Origin: Phoronis australis
Taxonomy: Eukaryota; Animalia; Phoronida
Assembly: GCA_002633005.1 (NCBI GenBank)
Contig: NMRA01000073.1
Span: 520,150 to 584,149, forward strand
Length of the DNA: 64,000 nucleotides
Direction: 5' to 3'
Position numbers and translations under genes: made by a program. The notes beneath the pieces were generated by a model. The model saw only the letters and a program-made list of their open reading frames with translations, did no database searches and was not told the origin of the DNA. Within the stretch, counting starts at the first letter, position 1. Every line of letters begins with the position of its first letter. This document shows, in pieces, positions 12,596 to 27,139 of this stretch.

Positions 12596-14109
12596 CATTA
12601 CATGCCCATTTTACACAGATTAATCAAAGGAAGCCGGAGCTACAGCACGCATAAAAGAACCTTTTTACTGTTAATATCTGAAATTCTCGAATAACTCGAG
12701 AACAGTACGTTTTATCGAGAAACGGATAATGAGATCTACTTCCATACAAAATTGTAGCAGGATCCATCAGAGGACTGCAGAACTAGAGCTCAGCCAGACA
12801 AAAAATTGAAAAGTAGCCGTTACAGCGCCATGTTTCTACCGTTTTTACCGAGAACAAGTGGTCTTAGATTTCAACGATAGACAATGAGTTTGAATTTTAT
12901 GTAGAGAAGACGGAAAATGGAACATATGGAGCAGGTATAAACAAAAACAAGACCAACGCTGGAGCGTTAACAAGCGCCCACCGTTCATCACAAATGACAT
13001 GTCTCTATGGGCTAAGGTAAGGTACATTAAGGCTACTTAACCGATATTACCACTATGGCTAGGAGCAGCAGCAAAGCGTGACATGCGCCCGAAGTGCATC
13101 GCATACCGTTTCATGAATTATAATAACGTTTAAGTCACCCACTGATTGGTAGGTACAGTACTGACACACAGCTAAAAACTGCTGGTATCTCAAAGATAGC
13201 ATAAACCCATTCAAGTTTCACTTAAATATAGTTTCCAGGCCTTTTACTGGAGAGAACTCATTTTTAAAAGGAGTGGAAATTCTACCAAATGCATTGTATC
13301 TTTTGTAATGCTCCGTCAATGACAGGAGGCGGGCATTTTACGTTAACATAAAAGTCCTTATCAAGGTCAAAATGGCCACTATAGAAGGTGTGGCAGTGGC
13401 CGTCGAGTCCGCCGAAGATTTAATTGTGCCGACGCAATAATATCATGTACACAAGTTTTATTGAAATCTCTCAAGTGGTTCTCTACCTATCCAGAAACGT
13501 ATCTTCAACCTGTGTTCTTTGGAATTCATCGAAAGGTGCTTGACTTATACAGAGTTTACAGCTGTAGGCCTATATGTGCACTGATACGCCATAAAATGTA
13601 ACAATTTCGTAAAAAGTAACGTTGTTAAGCCTCTCCTTATATGTAAGAAGCTGTTTCATTTTACATAGTTGGTACAACTTACGTCGAATGTACAAACGAG
13701 AAATGTACTGTTGTTACATTTTACGAAACCAACAACATATTACAAACAAAATCCCCAAAATCAAGATCAAGTGCTATCTGACACGGAAGCGGTACTCGAG
13801 TATTTTTGGACGAGGGTGCCGCCCGAAAAAATTGGATACCTACCCGTTTAGAGAGTGTACTCGGACAAAAAAGCGACCCATTTAGAGACTAATTTTGTGT
13901 AAAAATTCATCTTTTCGCACAGTTCTGTTCCAGAAATTCAGAAAAGGCACCCTTTTAGATAGTATTTTCTCGAAAATGGCACCATTTTTGAGAGTGCTTA
14001 TCGCTGTGTAAAAAAACCATTGAGCGGCACTTTTCATATACCTCTTATATAGGAATGCCCTACAGGCTTACACGGCATAAGTCCGACTACCCCTTATCAT
14101 TTTTATTAC

Positions 14110-14220
14110 ACTTACATCACTGTTACTACTATTACTGCTATTGCTACCTTTACTACCATTACTGCTATTATACTAATTACTACTTTCGCTATTATTACCT
14201 GTTATCGGTATCGTTATTAC

Positions 14221-14312
<92 letters not shown>
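14110..14312. repeat. Compound microsatellite (TAC-like)n/(CAT)~20/(TAT)~10
   Basis: Direct reading. It accounts for the poly-S/poly-L ORF at 14055-14366. Confidence 0.95.
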
Positions 14313-14313
<1 letters not shown>

Positions 14314-16829
14314 GCTTAAATTTATCTGGCAAGGATACAGTTCAATATACACAATGCATGTTTTAACAAAGTGCTAATACATCATGGTCTTCAAAGATTT
14401 TAAAATCATCTCATTTATGGTTCATTGTTTTCACCGGGTTTCCCAAAATGGACAGCGAGTGCTATTTAAAAAGGATTGTAAAGGGGTTCCTGTGCTCAGC
14501 CTTGACGACATTGTGAGAAATGTCTAGTCAGCTGTGGGTGCAGAGTAGGCCTACTTTTTGGAAATGAGGAGATTGAGATTTAAAATCTTGTTTTCACGTT
14601 CGGCAACTTCAAAAATTTATTATTTCTGAACTATAGTTAAGCACGGTATTGTTTGCAAATATAACTATATCCTTCTGTAGTTTGCCACTAAGAACTGAAT
14701 TCGGACTGTAATCCTTTACATGCGACTTACATCTAAACTTGAGGATACCCACCGTGTTATCATTTTTGTCTCTTGTTGGACATTCCATTTCAAAGAACTG
14801 GGTCTCGTTCTACAATGATGTGTAATTTCAAAAATGGCGTTAAATTAAACTCTGGAGACATTTACCGAGAACTAGCGACTAGTCGGCTGCGGTCACCGGG
14901 TCATTAAAATAACTGGTAATTGACATACAAAACACGTAACAATTTTATGTGGAACGGGTCCCAATATTCTTAGAACACAGTGATTTAAATGAGTGATTTA
15001 AATTATGTTTCATTGGAAGTGGGTTGTATGGAACAAAAACGGCCCACGTCGAAGTCAGCGATGTTTAATATGCGTTTTTATGCGATGTAGCAAAAGGTTT
15101 AACATTCCCTTATCTGCATAAAACCGCGCGTGTTATTGGCAGGGAGTTGCAACACAAAAATGGCTCCTCATGAGACACGTGACTTCACGTCCAATAATAC
15201 TAGAATGCCCAATATCTGTCTTTACTTGTATGTGCTTCGGATTAACGAGCATTAGCCGAATAGCAATTCTAATTGATATTTTATGTTGAAAGATACTAGA
15301 AAGAGAAAGTGCATGTTTTTGTAGTCCAAAAGGCTGATTGTCAGCTTTTTTCGGACAATTGCCCCTTTTTAAAAACTATTTACCTGGACACAGCTTGAGC
15401 AAAATGGCCATGTCTCTTCAGAGTGTTAAAATATTTTCTATTTCTCCCGCTAGGCCTCACATTTTTACGTTTACACGTCACGGTTTGATTGGGTTGTTAC
15501 CACTCCTATTTCAGACAGGTTTGACACCATAGGAACAATGATATTTCTTTCAGCTTTTAAGCTGCTGTCACTTTTTTTAAACTATTGGGCGACCTTTTGC
15601 TGTTGAAATGGCAAAAACTGTCAATTTATCCACAAAGAAACGCGTTTTTTTATTTCCTTCCACCACTTTCTTCCTCCACAATGTCTTTAAGGAATTCTCA
15701 TTGGTAATTAAAGTCGTAGACACAACCCGTCGGCATCAAAAACTTTGGTCTTGCTCCTTTTGTGTGGAGCATTAGCGATTACTCCAAGACAATAAAACAC
15801 TGGCTGAAATAAATCAAACTATCGCGGATTAAAACGAGTTTTTTTTCTATAAAACTGGCTTACGAAATTGAATTCTCCGTGAAAAAACTGTTATTGTCGT
15901 TTGTTCTCGAGGAAATACGATAAATATTAGCCAAAATACGATGTCATTGTTTCTGTTGTGCTTACCAAGGGAAATATGTCATACTGTAATGCCGGATACA
16001 CACTTGGTTTATGACCTGTGAGCGCCAACAAAAATTGCAAGAACGCGTTAACAATAAAAATTGTTACCCGATCCTGAAAACTCCTTTCGTCTGGAGTTGA
16101 AACTATACGGGATACATTTTTGACTATACCAAGAAACTGCTCATGTTAAAAAACAGTGAACAGCACATAGGGACACATCTATAAGTTCGAGTTGGTACAT
16201 GTGATAGAATTTCATTCAAACAATCGGTTAAAAAGGCGTTATGGGTGTGAACCGTTTTCCTCCGTGTGACACTGAAATACCATGCAAAATCATGAAACAT
16301 GACGTCGGTTTCGTAAACTCCCTGTAACAATGGGACGTGCATTTGACGTAAATTGTAACTATTACATAATGTAACAACTTGTTACCTTTTAGGATAGGCC
16401 TAGCAACGTAAAATGTAACAATGACGTAAAATGTAATAGATGTTTCATTTTACGAAATTTTTGCATTTTACGGTCTATCAGGGCACATACTAATGAGCAA
16501 ATTATTAACTTTATTGGGGAAAGTGCCTCCGCAAATATTTCACAAATTTGCACATACTCTCAGATAAAACATGCTTCTTATAATTGACTGCACTTGATTG
16601 ACTTTGTAGGTTGCACCGTGGCTATCAGCTTCAACATCGGATTGGTCTATAAACCGGTAGTTGTCATCAAGAACCAAATAGATGTCTTAACCGGCGTGCG
16701 TTGCGTAGACGTAGATTCTTGCGATAAAACCAAGAACTTCCAAGGCTTTGCGAGATATTGCCGAAGCACGCGATCACACTAGCTTCTTTAGCGAAATTTT
16801 CCGTCACGAAACCCTAACCCGTACTCACC

Positions 16830-18010
16830 TGAGGTGATCACCTTGATAAGCGATAGAAAATAAATAGGTTGCATCCATCTGGACCTTGCCTGCTTTGAAT
16901 GTCACCTTGCCTTTGATAGGTTTTGGCTTCAGACGCTCCATGTGTTCTAAGACCACTGATGTTTTACCGTCTGGGTCAACCAATAGGAAACATTATACGC
17001 GCGTATACACAGCAGTTCAGGTAAGCAATACGCAAGACCAAATGTGCCTGTCTTTCAATTTCAGTTATAGTACTGTGGTTGTCAGGAGTAGAATGGCACT
17101 GATTTGGCCTTGGCTGCTTGTCCTGATGATGAAGTTTGAGACATCGAAACATGTTGAAATTGAAAAATCTCGTTGTTTTTATTAACAATTTAAGAGACTG
17201 TAAATAGCTACCCAGGCACGGATTAATGAGAATCAGAGTTTGAGTTGCAGATGAGATGAAGATATAGAGTAAGACGTTATAGAATCAACAGCTACAGCGT
17301 CAGTCAATAGAGTGCCAGCTACATGTATATGGAGACAGAAGGTTATTTAATCAACGATTGAAACATTGCTGGAAGTGTCTCAGGAGTTCATCACAAGCCA
17401 AATTCGCAGCACTAATCGGACCATAGAATAGACATTGCGTCGGAATTGCAAACGTATGGTCAAGATTAATTAAGTGCTTAACTAGAACCAGTCTCCAGTA
17501 TATCCTCGCAGCGAAAGCTATTAGCACCGGTCATGGACGACCGGCGTCCAACCATCAAAGGGATAAAACATGACAATGGTCCACACGGCTAGTGATAATC
17601 TGTTCAGAAGTTCGAGAGTCCCACTAAATAGTTTCATAAGGTTGGTAAAATTGACTTCGGAAGATGTCTACTGATAGGAGCAGAAACTGTCAAGGTAATA
17701 TGTTCTTTCCGGTTTTGAAAATAAGAATTTTCATGAGTCCACTGTGAGGTTGTGATTAGTGCAAGTGATCGAGTTGAACAATGGGTTAAAAGGTCCCCTA
17801 CTCACCCACTTCGTGTTGACTAATGGGAAAAGTTAACATGCACACTCATATTATTTGAAATAATCATTATCTGCCTGTGACTCGCCGTGTCGAACAGTTT
17901 TCGAAAATGGCGCGTTATGAAAAGAATTGAGCAAGTTTTGAATGAAATTCGCCGACTTCCTAGTCGTGAAAGTAGGCTTGACAGCAAAAATCTGTGACGA
18001 TCCGAATGGT
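16830..18010 (-). mobile_element. Possible highly decayed LINE endonuclease region
   Basis: Only faint traces of APE-endonuclease-like motifs in a plausible order, with many stops. Confidence 0.3.
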
Positions 18011-18679
18011 TTGTTCAACACGCTATTACAGGGCCGCAGGAGGAGCGTGGGGGGGGGGGTGGTCGGGGGCACGTGCACCTCAATAAAATTTGCAAGCGTC
18101 AGGGTTAAACCGTGGCAATCGTCACAGGCGTGGGGTCGGGGACAGTCGAGAAAAGAAAGACTGCGAAATACGGATAAGAGAGATAACTCGGTAACAGTGT
18201 ACGGTTGAGTAACCTGCCAGGACATTGTTGTTAGGGTCTCCGCACAGGTCGTCTATTCATCCATACATGTATATTTCGAAAAATCGAGAAAATTTGTAAA
18301 GCGACTGGATTTTTAAATTCAATTAGACAATTTTGCGAATGCAAAACTATATTTTCTAGAGGCCTCTGTGGCAAAGGATAACGGAGACAATTGTCGCATT
18401 ACGTTTTTTTTTCGAAATTGTTTATCACTTGAGAAAAATTGATGACCTGACAGATAACATCAGTTGCTGCGCATTTCCTGATTTTTGAATAAATCTTTTC
18501 ATATTTAGGGGCCCAGTTCTTGAAGAGGGCCATTAAGGACATTCAAGGGGCCACCTTTTTCATTGACAAATTCTAAAGGGGCCGCTCAGGAGAGAGGACC
18601 CAATGTTGGAATCGATTACCTATATTTTCCTGTTTTTGTGAAATCGTGGAAATGATCTTTCACTCTCTTCTACACTTAA

Positions 18680-19030
18680 ATGTAAACTATGCTAATGTAT
18701 AGCAAGAACTAAACGACAATGCTATTTGAACATCATCTTAGCTAAACAAAGTGCGATTGTATTCATTGACAACTTGTAAAAGTGAACACAAAAAATTCTG
18801 CAACTAAGTGACGCACCTTCGGGCTCACATGAACCGCATCATGCAGTGCTATTCCCCAAGACCACTTCAGGATACTTAGAGGACACGGTTGAGTGATTTA
18901 AGGCGGATCATTTTCCACACCAAACTCGTTCTTACAAACATTTGGAAATTTCCAACCTAATTCGTGTTCACATCGTCGCCGCTATATGTTGTGTTTCTAA
19001 TTAATTTGACCAAGCAATCACAGAGATAAG
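18680..19030 (+). repeat. Dispersed repeat (empty-site copy; the copy at 44665-45230 carries a MITE)
   Basis: Co-linear similarity aactatgctaatg...tattcattgacaact...aaactcgttctta...cgctatatgttgtgtttct...cacagagataag. Confidence 0.8.
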
Positions 19031-19729
19031 TTCAACTTTAATGATGTTTAACGTTTCATCTTAAGGTGTCCCATTTCAGATGAGACCCTCTCTCGGAAGG
19101 ATAGTTCGAGAAAAATAACCCTTTGTCTCTCTATACATATAAATCCGACACTGCCAAGTATTTAGGAGGGGAATTTGAGATTAAAAACACAAAACATTTC
19201 GTTAACAGCACAGCAATATCAAGACATTCCACCCAACCAACCAAAAATATGAAAATACAATTGGATTGACCGCCATCGAACAGGTGCAACGTTGAAGAAC
19301 GTAAAGACCACTGTGAATTACACAAAAGGACTAATTCCGATGGTTAGTTATAAAATAATGTTCATTTTTCCAATAGTATCACAAGAATAGTATTTCTTTT
19401 GAAGATCGATAAGAAGTTGTTTGTAAGGAATTTTCACATGTCAAAAAGACTGTCGGGGTTATGATTTGTGATGACCGTGTACATATCAAACTGGGGTACT
19501 CAACGTACTCTTGCAATCATAAACTAAAGATTTCAGCGTTTTTTTTTGGAGTTCACGTTTAACTCGTGAACCGTTATAGGTACCTCTGAAATGAGCAACT
19601 TAATACGCATGCCCCGTGCCTCATGTTCCCCCGGTTACCAGCCAAAACTCTGCAAAACTGCTTATAGCATTCCGTTCAGATAAACAAATTCGTTGATGAC
19701 TGATTTACCTGTTTATGCATCTACAAAAA

Positions 19730-21935
19730 AAAATAGGCTTGTAAAAAATTTCGCCAGTCCAGGTCTGTCAGTGACCTAGAATTTTACAAATCACGCAAGA
19801 GAAAGCACCGAAAGTTGATTAGAGTTAAGAAACAACCGCAGAATTCAAAGACATTAAAGACAATAAATAGCACAAATGATACAAAACAATTCTGGAATTT
19901 AGTGAAAGCAAACTTTCGCAAAAACAAGTCTATATCCTCGATCACGCTTGATATATGGTACCATTATTTTGATGATTTACTAAATCAGAAAGTTCAGATC
20001 GGTGAAAATGTGCACAATAATGGTCTTCATGTTTTGAATGCTCACAGCAACTTTTGCGAACACTGTGAGGCAAATGACCCGAATCTTTGAATTGTGGTTT
20101 TACTGTGACTGAGATCGAAATGGCTATTCAGTCACTCTCCAGCGGAAAGGCGGCTGGTATTGATGGCTTGAGTGTCGAAGTGTTTAAGTGCACCAGTAGT
20201 CAAGTAAGTCCTTTTTCTAGTGGCTCTACTCAACAAGATTTTGCACAGTGGTGGATGGTACTCGTAGGCATAGTGTGATACTATTTTGGTACCACTGTTT
20301 AAACAGGGGAATTTCAATGACCCTAATAATTATAGAGGAATTTCCCTTCAGCCAGTGATTGGAAAAGGTTTTATTAAAATTTTAAATGTGCGCCTTACTG
20401 ATTGGGCCATGGAGAATGATGAATTGTATGAATGCCAAGCAGAACTCCGATACTTCTATAGCACTGTCGACCAAATTTTTACGTTGTCAACTATGGTTCA
20501 AAAGTAAATAAGCAAAAGCAAGGACATCGTTTCTGCTGGACATTCATTGATTATTCTAAACCATTTGACAAGATTCCCCATCAGTTGCTTTGGCCCAGAT
20601 TACAAAAAATGGAGTTCATGGTGATTTTTTAAAAACTTTACACACAATGTATAGCAAACTTCGGACGTGTACGAGAACGCAGGGTAGTATAGCTGATGTT
20701 TTTGAGTGCAGTATTGGCCCTAGGCAAGGTTGTTTGTTAGGCCCTTTTTGGTTTACATGTACATTGTATTTGAATGAATTAGTAGAATGTATCCACTCTA
20801 GAAATGACGATGGTATTTTTCTAAGTCAAAATGTCTCTGATGTAAAAGTATCGATATATGCCGATGAAATGGCCTTGTGTGCTTACTCTCCAGTGAAACT
20901 GTAAAAACTACCGTGTACTTAAAAGAAGTTCTGCCAGGAATGGGACAAGTCTGTAAATTTAGTAAAAACCAAAATTATGGTGTTTAGAAACGGAGGTCTC
21001 ATGAGAAATTGCGAGAGGTGGTATTTTGGAGATGAAAAACTGCAAGTGGTTTCCAGTTTCCAGTATCTTGGTGTTGTGTTCACGCCAAAGTTATTGTGGT
21101 CTATAGCTACTCAGACCCTGCCAGCCCACGCCACGAAAGTCGCCATTACCAGTCGACAAGCTACAAAGAAGCTTGGGCATGTTTCAATTGCGTGTGGCGT
21201 TTTAGGTTTTTGATAAAATGATTTTCCCTACCTTGTGCTATGGAGCCGAAATATGGGGCTTTAAAGAATACAACTGGTTTGAACAAGTCGTAACTCAAGG
21301 GCAGCTTACGACAGTTTGCTTGACTTAGAACAAAATGGTCGTCATTCCCGAAATTTGGCCACATCAGTTAGACTTATATTGTCAAATTATGGATTCCACG
21401 AAAGACGTTGTGTGTGAAAATACTTTTCTGCTAGTTTTTAGACAGCGGATAAGGGATTGTTGTGCAAGGATGGAGACAAGATTGTTGAGAGTAATCCTAA
21501 GCTGTGTATTTATAATCAATTTAAAGAGAAATTTAAATTGGAAAAAAAATTAAGTGTGAGTATACCCCGTGCACAAATTATGTCCATGGCACGTTTTCGT
21601 TGTTCCAGCCACAGTCTCATGATTGAAGTAGGTAGGTAATTGAATTTGGATAGGGCAAACAGTGTGTCCCTTCTGCCTCAATGTTCTAAACTGTGATAAA
21701 TATTCTGAACTGAGCGAATATTATATTGAAGTGTAAAGCTGGAATTTTCCATCTTTTTAAGTTCAATAGATTTATGTCAACAAGTGATGATGCTAAATTA
21801 GTCAATCTATGTAAATACGTATTTTACGCTTTTCGTCTCCATGACAGCTTGCTGCACTCTTAAGTATGTTACATGTTGTTCATTTGTACAGTGGGCCTAT
21901 TGCCTTTATTACATAAATAAATTGATTGATTGAAA
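19730..21935 (+). mobile_element. Decayed 5'-truncated LINE ORF2 (reverse transcriptase plus C-terminus; RTE-X-like)
   Basis: KAAGIDGL, PLFKQGNFNDPNNYRGISL, STVDQIFTL, RQGCLLGP, YADEM, FQYLGV, YGAEIWG and RFRCSSHSLMIEVGR across frameshifts; 3' tail aataaa(ttga)n. Confidence 0.92.
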
Positions 21936-24325
21936 ATCGATAGAATAAATGACTGTCGACAATTAAAAGCTAATCTTGTAAGCATTAATGATGTTTGAGT
22001 GAATTTAGTTGCAGCCTGAACTTGAAAAACGCTATAGTCCGATCCCCAAATAGTAAAGTACACTAAATGATATGCCTATCTAAAATAGCTCTCAAAGACT
22101 TTGACGAAATATATAGACGCTGAGGTTGGCCAATAGTGAATTATATCAAATAAACACAGAAAAACCAGGACACACAGAGTCTATATATTTTACATCTAAT
22201 TAACACACACTGGTAAATTGCTGATGATATAATTGTCCAAATCTCGTGCGAAAAAGGCGATTTTGAAACAGCTCCAGGGACACTATACCAGGGACCTCGG
22301 GACCTTGTATTTTCAAAAAATTCCTTCAAAGAATGATCATAATAAAACGAAGTTTTCCCGAAACGGCATCACAATAAAACGGATCTTGACCTTAGAGCCA
22401 GCGCAGACGGATAGATAAGATGCCTGTCTCAAGTGAATCATAGCTGAGGTGACCAGCGACTAGCTTTAGTTCATCGAATTTCGCAATCTCTCTGTCAGTA
22501 GATCTCGGCTACATTTACTTCAAGCACCTCCCAGCTACTCGTCAGTGCGCTGGCGCCAGGTCCATTCTTACTCTCCATGAATCTTAGTTGATTCACGGTT
22601 ACTCAACTTCTGATGGCTGCATCCCTGGGATTGCCCCCAACCTATGGCGGACGTGGGAGATTCGGTACAAATATGGCGGCATCGGTAGCGTGGGGGGGAG
22701 GTTGGTTGTNGGGGGCGAATTTTGGCGAAGTCGAATTGGTTTGTGCCCTCAATAATTTTTGCCTGTATTTAAATATAAAGACTAACTGATTCGTTTGAGA
22801 ATATCGACAGTGTTCCATAACTGGTCGACGGAATCAATGACATGTCAGCGAGTCAGAAATGATTCGTCACATGATGACGCTAGGCGCGTTCCATTTTTAT
22901 CAACAAGAGCGTTCGTCCACCATAAGTGTTTTGTGTAGCGAAATGAATGGACAGAATGTGCTTTTCACAATGGCCAGTTTGTGAGTAAAAGCTGGGAACA
23001 TATACACAGTATACCAGATGACGAATGTATTGCTCCTATCCTAGAACCAATGTTACTACCAGCTCCCACCAGAGAACTAAATTTGCGCAAAGAATGAGAA
23101 GCGTCTCCTTATAAGATACTTCTCTGCCTAGATATTAAGTATTTTTGAGATCCAACCAAAATAAAATATTTCGAAGAGAGCTTGGACCGCAACAAACTGT
23201 TTACTCTGGACAGAACTTCGTTTTGATGAAATGTTTTGTAATCACGGTGTTTCAGAAATCCTAATTCAAGAGTGGTCTAGATACTCCTACTCCACTGCCA
23301 GGTTACAGGCCTGAAACCGCATGGGTACGTTGGAGCATATAAAGTCTATACAAGCGCGCACAAACTAGGAACCTTAAATGTTAACAGAGAATTGTATCAC
23401 AGTTCATACTATAACCACTAGGTGTCTCTGTAGCTAGCTTCCCACCATGGCACCATATTGTCTTCGTGACTATACATTGATATTACATAGAGGTAGGAAT
23501 TTTTACCTTTTCCACGTGTATTCTTTTTTAGATCTCGTTTATAATATATTATCATTATCCTTAAGCTATCCAGTAAGCATGCTCTTTACTTGTACTTCTA
23601 GGTCTCCATCATTCTTTCAATAAAGGTTTGAAACGAAATGACGAATGTTTATCTTGTTAACTTAAAACACTTTCAAGAAAACCTCGGTACCAATCTTCAG
23701 TGAGGAAGCCCAACAGAATTAATGTTGTATTGGTGGTGATGGTCGTGTGACGAGTCGTTGCCGGCGAAAAACGTTACCGATGCGCAGAAAATACAAAAAT
23801 CCTGCGACACACACATAACAGTTCTAGCACATGAGTGTAACGAAAGACATATTACCGGGTCCCACGTTCGCCGTGCATCTGAATTTGATTGGCATTTTGG
23901 GGTGGTCGAATGCATTTAACTGTTTGATTACCACATGGTATGGTCGTCCTGAAAAGAGGCATCAATGCAATATGTCAGAGCTCTCGATGTAGAAACCAAT
24001 TACAAAATATCAATTACATTTACAATGTGAATTGCAAACGGCGACCCGTATCACATGGAATTTGACAAGGTAACTCGCATTACGATTGAACAGGGACGGC
24101 ACCGCAGAATTGCAAGCGAAACGTGTCCATGCCTTGTTGTGATGGAATTTTTTGAGAATCGATCTAATTTTTGATATGCTCCAATACATTCACCTTTGAT
24201 GTAATTTTGATGTAACGTTCGTGTTCATTTGCAATCGCTAAATTACTATAATTTTACCCCATGCCAGAAAGGAAGATGCAATATGATAGATGTTGAATTG
24301 TAATCCTGCATAATTAAGTTCCATC

Positions 24326-24357
<32 letters not shown>

Positions 24358-24372
24358 CACGCATGCGTGTGT
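24326..24372. repeat. (GT)n microsatellite
   Basis: Direct reading. Confidence 0.95.
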
Positions 24373-24959
24373 CCACGCGTTTTTTATCATTTTATGGCAG
24401 GCTGGTGGTCTGTTCACATGGAAGAAATCCACCTCTTTCATTCATGTTTAAACTGAACAACAACTGTTGCATTAAATAACTCAAACTTTGAGCCCCTAGG
24501 CTTTTATTGTGCTTGACTCAGGCACACCGTAACAATTACAGCAGCGTTTGTAGTAATATTATTCTTTCATAATTCTATCAACCAAACAGAATAAAATCCG
24601 TTTGATATACATAACAGTACAAGCATGCACACGGTTGCGCGTTTAATTAGTGACTGACACAAAAAACATCAGTCCAAAAAAACGTCTGTTAATAATAAAA
24701 TTTCGAAACTTACTGATACAATCATCAAGTTTGCCGTTCCAGTTATTTAGCGCAATGCACGTTCGCGTTATTGTGGTGGAACCCTTCGAGAAGAAATGAG
24801 GGAAACTGCACGAGAATGTTTGTGATACGCCTTTTTTGACTACCACCGTACGAGGATTCTGATTCTTCAAAGAAGCTTTGCAGGTATGGCCTGAAAACAA
24901 AAACGTTTACCTCGTGACGGGTTGTCAGGTCGCTCGAACAGTGTCAGCTTGCCAAATAT

Positions 24960-25860
24960 CACGATTTATTGAGACATATACACATGGCTATAGGCCCCAA
25001 GTATATCATGTACAATACAGAACATTGTTAGGTGCCACGTTTCAAACTGGATAATACATTATGACGCTTGAGATCGTGATGGACGAATTTAATAAGTAGG
25101 CTATCTGGAGTTCTCATGAAAGAATCAAATTTAGATGTCGTGGGAGAATGACAAAAACGATCACTTAAGTACTTAACCCGAAGGTCTTGGTACGCACTAC
25201 AAACTAACACAAAGTGGTATTCGTCCTCTACACACCCAGAATTACATAATTCACACAACCTGTTTTCATAGGGAATATTTGTGTGGCGACCTCTTTCCAC
25301 TAGTAACGAATGATTTGAACATCGCAATCGAGTCAGAGACTGGATAAAAACACGTGGGATACCAAACATTTCTAGATAATTCTCAAGATGATACTTTGTT
25401 TTGTACCCCACATAGTAAGGCAGTTTTGTGTTACATTCGATATCAGATTGCCAACCTTGCAAATAACAGTCGTTGACACGTTGAGAAAAAACAGTCAAGA
25501 AATACGCTTGATTTACCACACCCTGATTAATCCATACACCTGAAAAACCATACACAGACAGAAGTTTCCTTACAAAACTTGCCCAATTATAGGAAGATCT
25601 TCCGATCAGGTCTGACTGAAAAAGCATATCATATGCAGCTTTTACCCCACGATTACTAGGCATCTCCAGTATTTTAAACCAGTATTTTAAACAAGAAACA
25701 AAATATTTTGTAGGCAATGGGAATCGACCACATTCTCCCATAATTGCCGAGTTTGAACAACAACTGCCTACTCCTAAAATGCGTTTACAAAACTTGATAT
25801 GTACATTTTCCAATTGTTCATATTCCTTAAAGCCCCAAATATCCTATTACTGCAACTCAC
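24960..25860 (-). mobile_element. 3' fragment of a LINE of the same clade as 19.7-21.9 kb; 261-codon open C-terminus with Zn-binding motif
   Basis: VHIKFCKRILGV, GECGRFPL, RLRCSNHSLLVERGR and CELC...EDEYHFVLVC; AATAAA at the 3' end. Confidence 0.92.
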
Positions 25861-27139
25861 TTTCAAACAGTAACATTTTGACAACTTGTTGGCTTTCTAG
25901 GTTACACCCAAAAGCTACATGTACGCTACATGCCCATGCGTTGTCAACGTCTCCTTTAGCTCCATTACTTTAAACATGAGTCACTTTGCTAGGGTATCTG
26001 AGTTTTAGGTAACGAAACTAGAATCACCTCGAGAGGCTCAGCCATAAAAAAGAGTGAGGCCGGTCTGGTGTTTTGCAGTGCATCAGGCGTGCGCAAGCCA
26101 CATTCTTGGGCCCATTGCACGAAACACCTGAGCTAAAACTCACGACAGCCCGATTTATTATCTACAGGTTTCTTCGTAATTTTCAACTTTGCCAGCATCT
26201 TTTACGAAAACGAACACACTGTTCCATTTGTTGCCATGCACTACGTCTTGTGGGCAAGTAATGGTACCAACCAAGTGCTTGCTCCTTAGTCACTGAACAG
26301 GTGGGTCAGGCTCTTCCGGATGTTTAGGTGTTTCAACATGAGTACTACAGTCGCTACACAATGAGCTAACCATGTGACTCGTGATTTGCCTGTGTTGGGC
26401 TAGGTTACAGTGACCTGTTAAAATTTAGGTTGCGTGACTAAATGCCCAACCTTTCAAGACTCAGAGGGCTGTTTGAATCCTTTGATCATAATGGGAAAGT
26501 TCGTCTTTGTTAAGAGGTGTCCAGTGTTCTTCAGACCAGGCATGTACTCTTTGTCTGCACTAATCCAGTAGCATCTGTGAGATATCTGGATAACAAATTC
26601 AGGTTCATAATGCAGAACGCTTGCTCATGTTTTCGCCCGTCTATCTGGATTTTCAGTGGCGTCACTTCCTACGCACACGGGAGTTCACCGCTGCTTGAGT
26701 TTTTGGGCTCTTTTCACTGCTTGGTGGTCAAAAACTGTTACTTAGCTCACAGATAAATTGCCGAGCCTGTTAAGCATATGTGTTAATTACAGTAGCTTCA
26801 AACTGGAACATTAGCTAAATTGACTAGTGTCAGAATATATTGATTTGTAATTTGAACAGATAGTTCCACTGAATTTGCCAAAAATTTGTGCATATGTACT
26901 TTTAAAACCATGGGGTCAAACCTGTTTCCTTGTTGTACTTTGAATATTTACATTTATTTTGCTTTCATTAGCCGCTCGTAAATTAAAATGCATTATTATA
27001 ATTTGGGCAGAAGTCTGGAAAATAGTCAGATGTGAAATTTGGTTGTCAAGCTAAAGGACTTGCTTCAGAGAACAGAAGAAATTATACTACAGAGCCACCT
27101 CGCGGAAGAGTCTAAAGAAGAACTTGTCAAGGGCACGGG

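Noticed and set aside
14055-14366. Poly-Tyr/Ser/Leu protein
   Set aside because: Translation of a microsatellite.
25028-25813. Longest ORF (261 aa) as a host zinc-finger gene
   Set aside because: Its motifs are those of a LINE ORF2 C-terminus, it is 5'-truncated, and it has a LINE 3' tail.
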